The notes beneath the pieces are model-generated. The model ran no database searches. It had not been told where the DNA came from and saw only the letters and a program-made list of their open reading frames with translations. Below, piece after piece: positions 22,421 through 23,608 of a DNA stretch of 23,608 nt. Numbering within the stretch: position 1 is the stretch's first letter; every line of letters begins with the position of its first letter. The DNA lies in assembly GCA_032123335.1 (NCBI GenBank), contig JAQBFN010000009.1, positions 1 to 23,608 of the forward strand, in the 5' to 3' direction. Source of the stretch: Candidatus Micrarchaeota archaeon (GTDB taxonomy: Archaea; Micrarchaeota; Micrarchaeia; Anstonellales; Bilamarchaeaceae). The position numbers and the translations under genes are program-made.

Positions 22421-22943
22421 CTTCCTCACCATACAATTCTATTCCTTTTCGAATTCTTTCATACAGCGGCTTGTCTTTTTGCTGGAGGTTTGTATACTCC
22501 ACAGAGTCCAGCAGGATTGCCTGCATCCTGGGATATTTATCCAATATCCTCCGTATTTTTTCCTTTTCCCGGCTGAGCATGAACAGGTCTATGTCGCTCT
22601 GTTCAGTGTTCCTCCCTTCCGCACAGCTACCGAAAAGGACAATTCTTCTGCTGAGCGGGATAATCTTCTCCACTGCAGGCATAATCCCGTTTATTGTTAT
22701 GAATATTTTGAACTGCCGCAAGAGCGGGTTTTTTCCATCAGGCCTATAGAACAACATTCTTCCCTTCCTGCTTTTTTCCACAAGACCCATTTTCTCGAAC
22801 TTTTTCATAATCGAATTTACTGAGCCCACGCTTACTTTTGCTTCCTCTGCAATTTGCCGCTCATATAACTCCCCCTCTTTTTCCGAGATAAAAACCAGCA
22901 GTTTCATCTCTGTTTTTGAAAACAAGTTCAATTTTTTGAACAT
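22413..22943 (-). CDS. wHTH + MNT nucleotidyltransferase protein
   Basis: YERQIAEEAKVSVGSVN HTH and LFGSCAEG.N...SDIDL. The start is either 22943 or 22967. Confidence 0.9.
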   Translation of the reverse strand: MFKKLNLFSKTEMKLLVFISEKEGELYERQIAEEAKVSVGSVNSIMKKFEKMGLVEKSRKGRMLFYRPDGKNPLLRQFKIFITINGIMPAVEKIIPLSRRIVLFGSCAEGRNTEQSDIDLFMLSREKEKIRRILDKYPRMQAILLDSVEYTNLQQKDKPLYERIRKGIELYGEEDG

Positions 22944-22961
22944 AAGTTCAATATTATGAAT
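22923..22961. promoter_or_regulatory. Tandem palindromes (putative operators) at the MNT2 start
   Basis: AAGTTCAATTTTTTGAAC and AAGTTCAATATTATGAAT, 20-bp period. Confidence 0.6.
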
Positions 22962-23082
22962 AAACATATAAATACCTTTCTGCAGTTAGCTTGCAACCAT
23001 ACAAGATTTCCACGTATTCTCCCCAACCCGATAACTATTTAAACATTACTAACCACAAATAATAACCAATAATGGTGAAAAC

Positions 23083-23608
23083 ATGGCAGAACCCGCAAGG
23101 AAACTCCAAATGAAAACAACCAGATTTGAACTTAACGGCAAACCTATTACTGTAGGCGTATTAAGGAAATTCAATGACATGATTCCACTCCTGGAAACCC
23201 CCGGAGCAGTGAAAGCTGCAAATGCAGAATATGGAACCAATCTTAGGCTTATCAGCCATAGGGCCCTGAACCATCTGCTCACTAAAACCAGCAATTGGAG
23301 GGAAATCCGTGAAGTTTTCCCTTGCGTGGCTGGAGAAGGCTTGGCATACGAAAAATCAGGCACCAAATTAGGAAACCAGATAGTTTTTGCTGAAGAAGGC
23401 GAGCCCAGAGTAATCATTTCCACTGGAAAGTACAAAGGGGAGAAAGGAATCGCCCTTGTAGTTCCTGAACTGACTGCTGATGACATTCAGAAAGATGGTA
23501 AAGACATAGTAATTGCTGTTCCTGACACCAGGTTGGTTGTTGTTCCAGATTTTCCTTCTGAAGATGGGTGGCATATGCCTCATGCAGAAACAGGAATTCC
23601 GAATGGCA
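23083..23608 (+). CDS. Hypothetical protein, 3'-truncated by the window edge and absent from the ORF track
   Basis: GGTGA RBS at 23074-23078 and an open frame to the window end: MAEPARKLQMKTTRFELNGKPITVGVLR...LVVVPDFPSEDGWHMPHAETGIPNG. Confidence 0.8.
   Translation, partial: MAEPARKLQMKTTRFELNGKPITVGVLRKFNDMIPLLETPGAVKAANAEYGTNLRLISHRALNHLLTKTSNWREIREVFPCVAGEGLAYEKSGTKLGNQIVFAEEGEPRVIISTGKYKGEKGIALVVPELTADDIQKDGKDIVIAVPDTRLVVVPDFPSEDGWHMPHAETGIPNG

Larger units (their letters stand above)
20383..23608. mobile_element. Left part of an integrative element or genomic island at tRNA-Glu (continues beyond the window)
   Basis: Integrase directly 3' of a tRNA, followed by a TA-like module and an orphan ORF. 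The second att copy is not in the window. Confidence 0.6.

Noticed and set aside
23049..23583. Minus-strand ORFs 23049-23486 and 23368-23583
   Set aside because: They are antisense to the RBS-bearing plus-strand ORF starting at 23083.

Overview
Archaeal chromosomal segment, probably DPANN and Micrarchaeota-like. This is inferred from GGTGA/GAGG RBSs, TATA boxes, a PAC2 chaperone, Sec61beta, an S-layer tail and tRNAs without CCA. Housekeeping genes are ppa, purB, prs, pyrB/pyrI, tmk, a GT4 glycosyltransferase, an HD dNTPase-like protein, AMMECR1, tRNA-Leu(TAA) and tRNA-Glu(TTC). Accessory content is a TnpA-less IS200/IS605 TnpB with its omega-RNA, two wHTH-MNT/HEPN modules, a doubly frameshifted YkgJ-like pseudogene, and the left edge of a tyrosine-integrase island at tRNA-Glu. 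Two things stand out. (1) A five-gene chromosomal membrane operon (9922-16075) built around an apparently split VirB4/HerA-like ATPase, with no relaxase or other mobility genes beside it. It is a candidate uncharacterised secretion, DNA-transfer or cell-contact machine. (2) Two families of about 40-45 bp hairpin elements, each present twice with compensatory base changes. One family flanks both tRNA genes. The other sits inside the TnpB omega-RNA terminal stem and also between 10-bp direct repeats near tRNA-Leu. No CRISPR array was seen.
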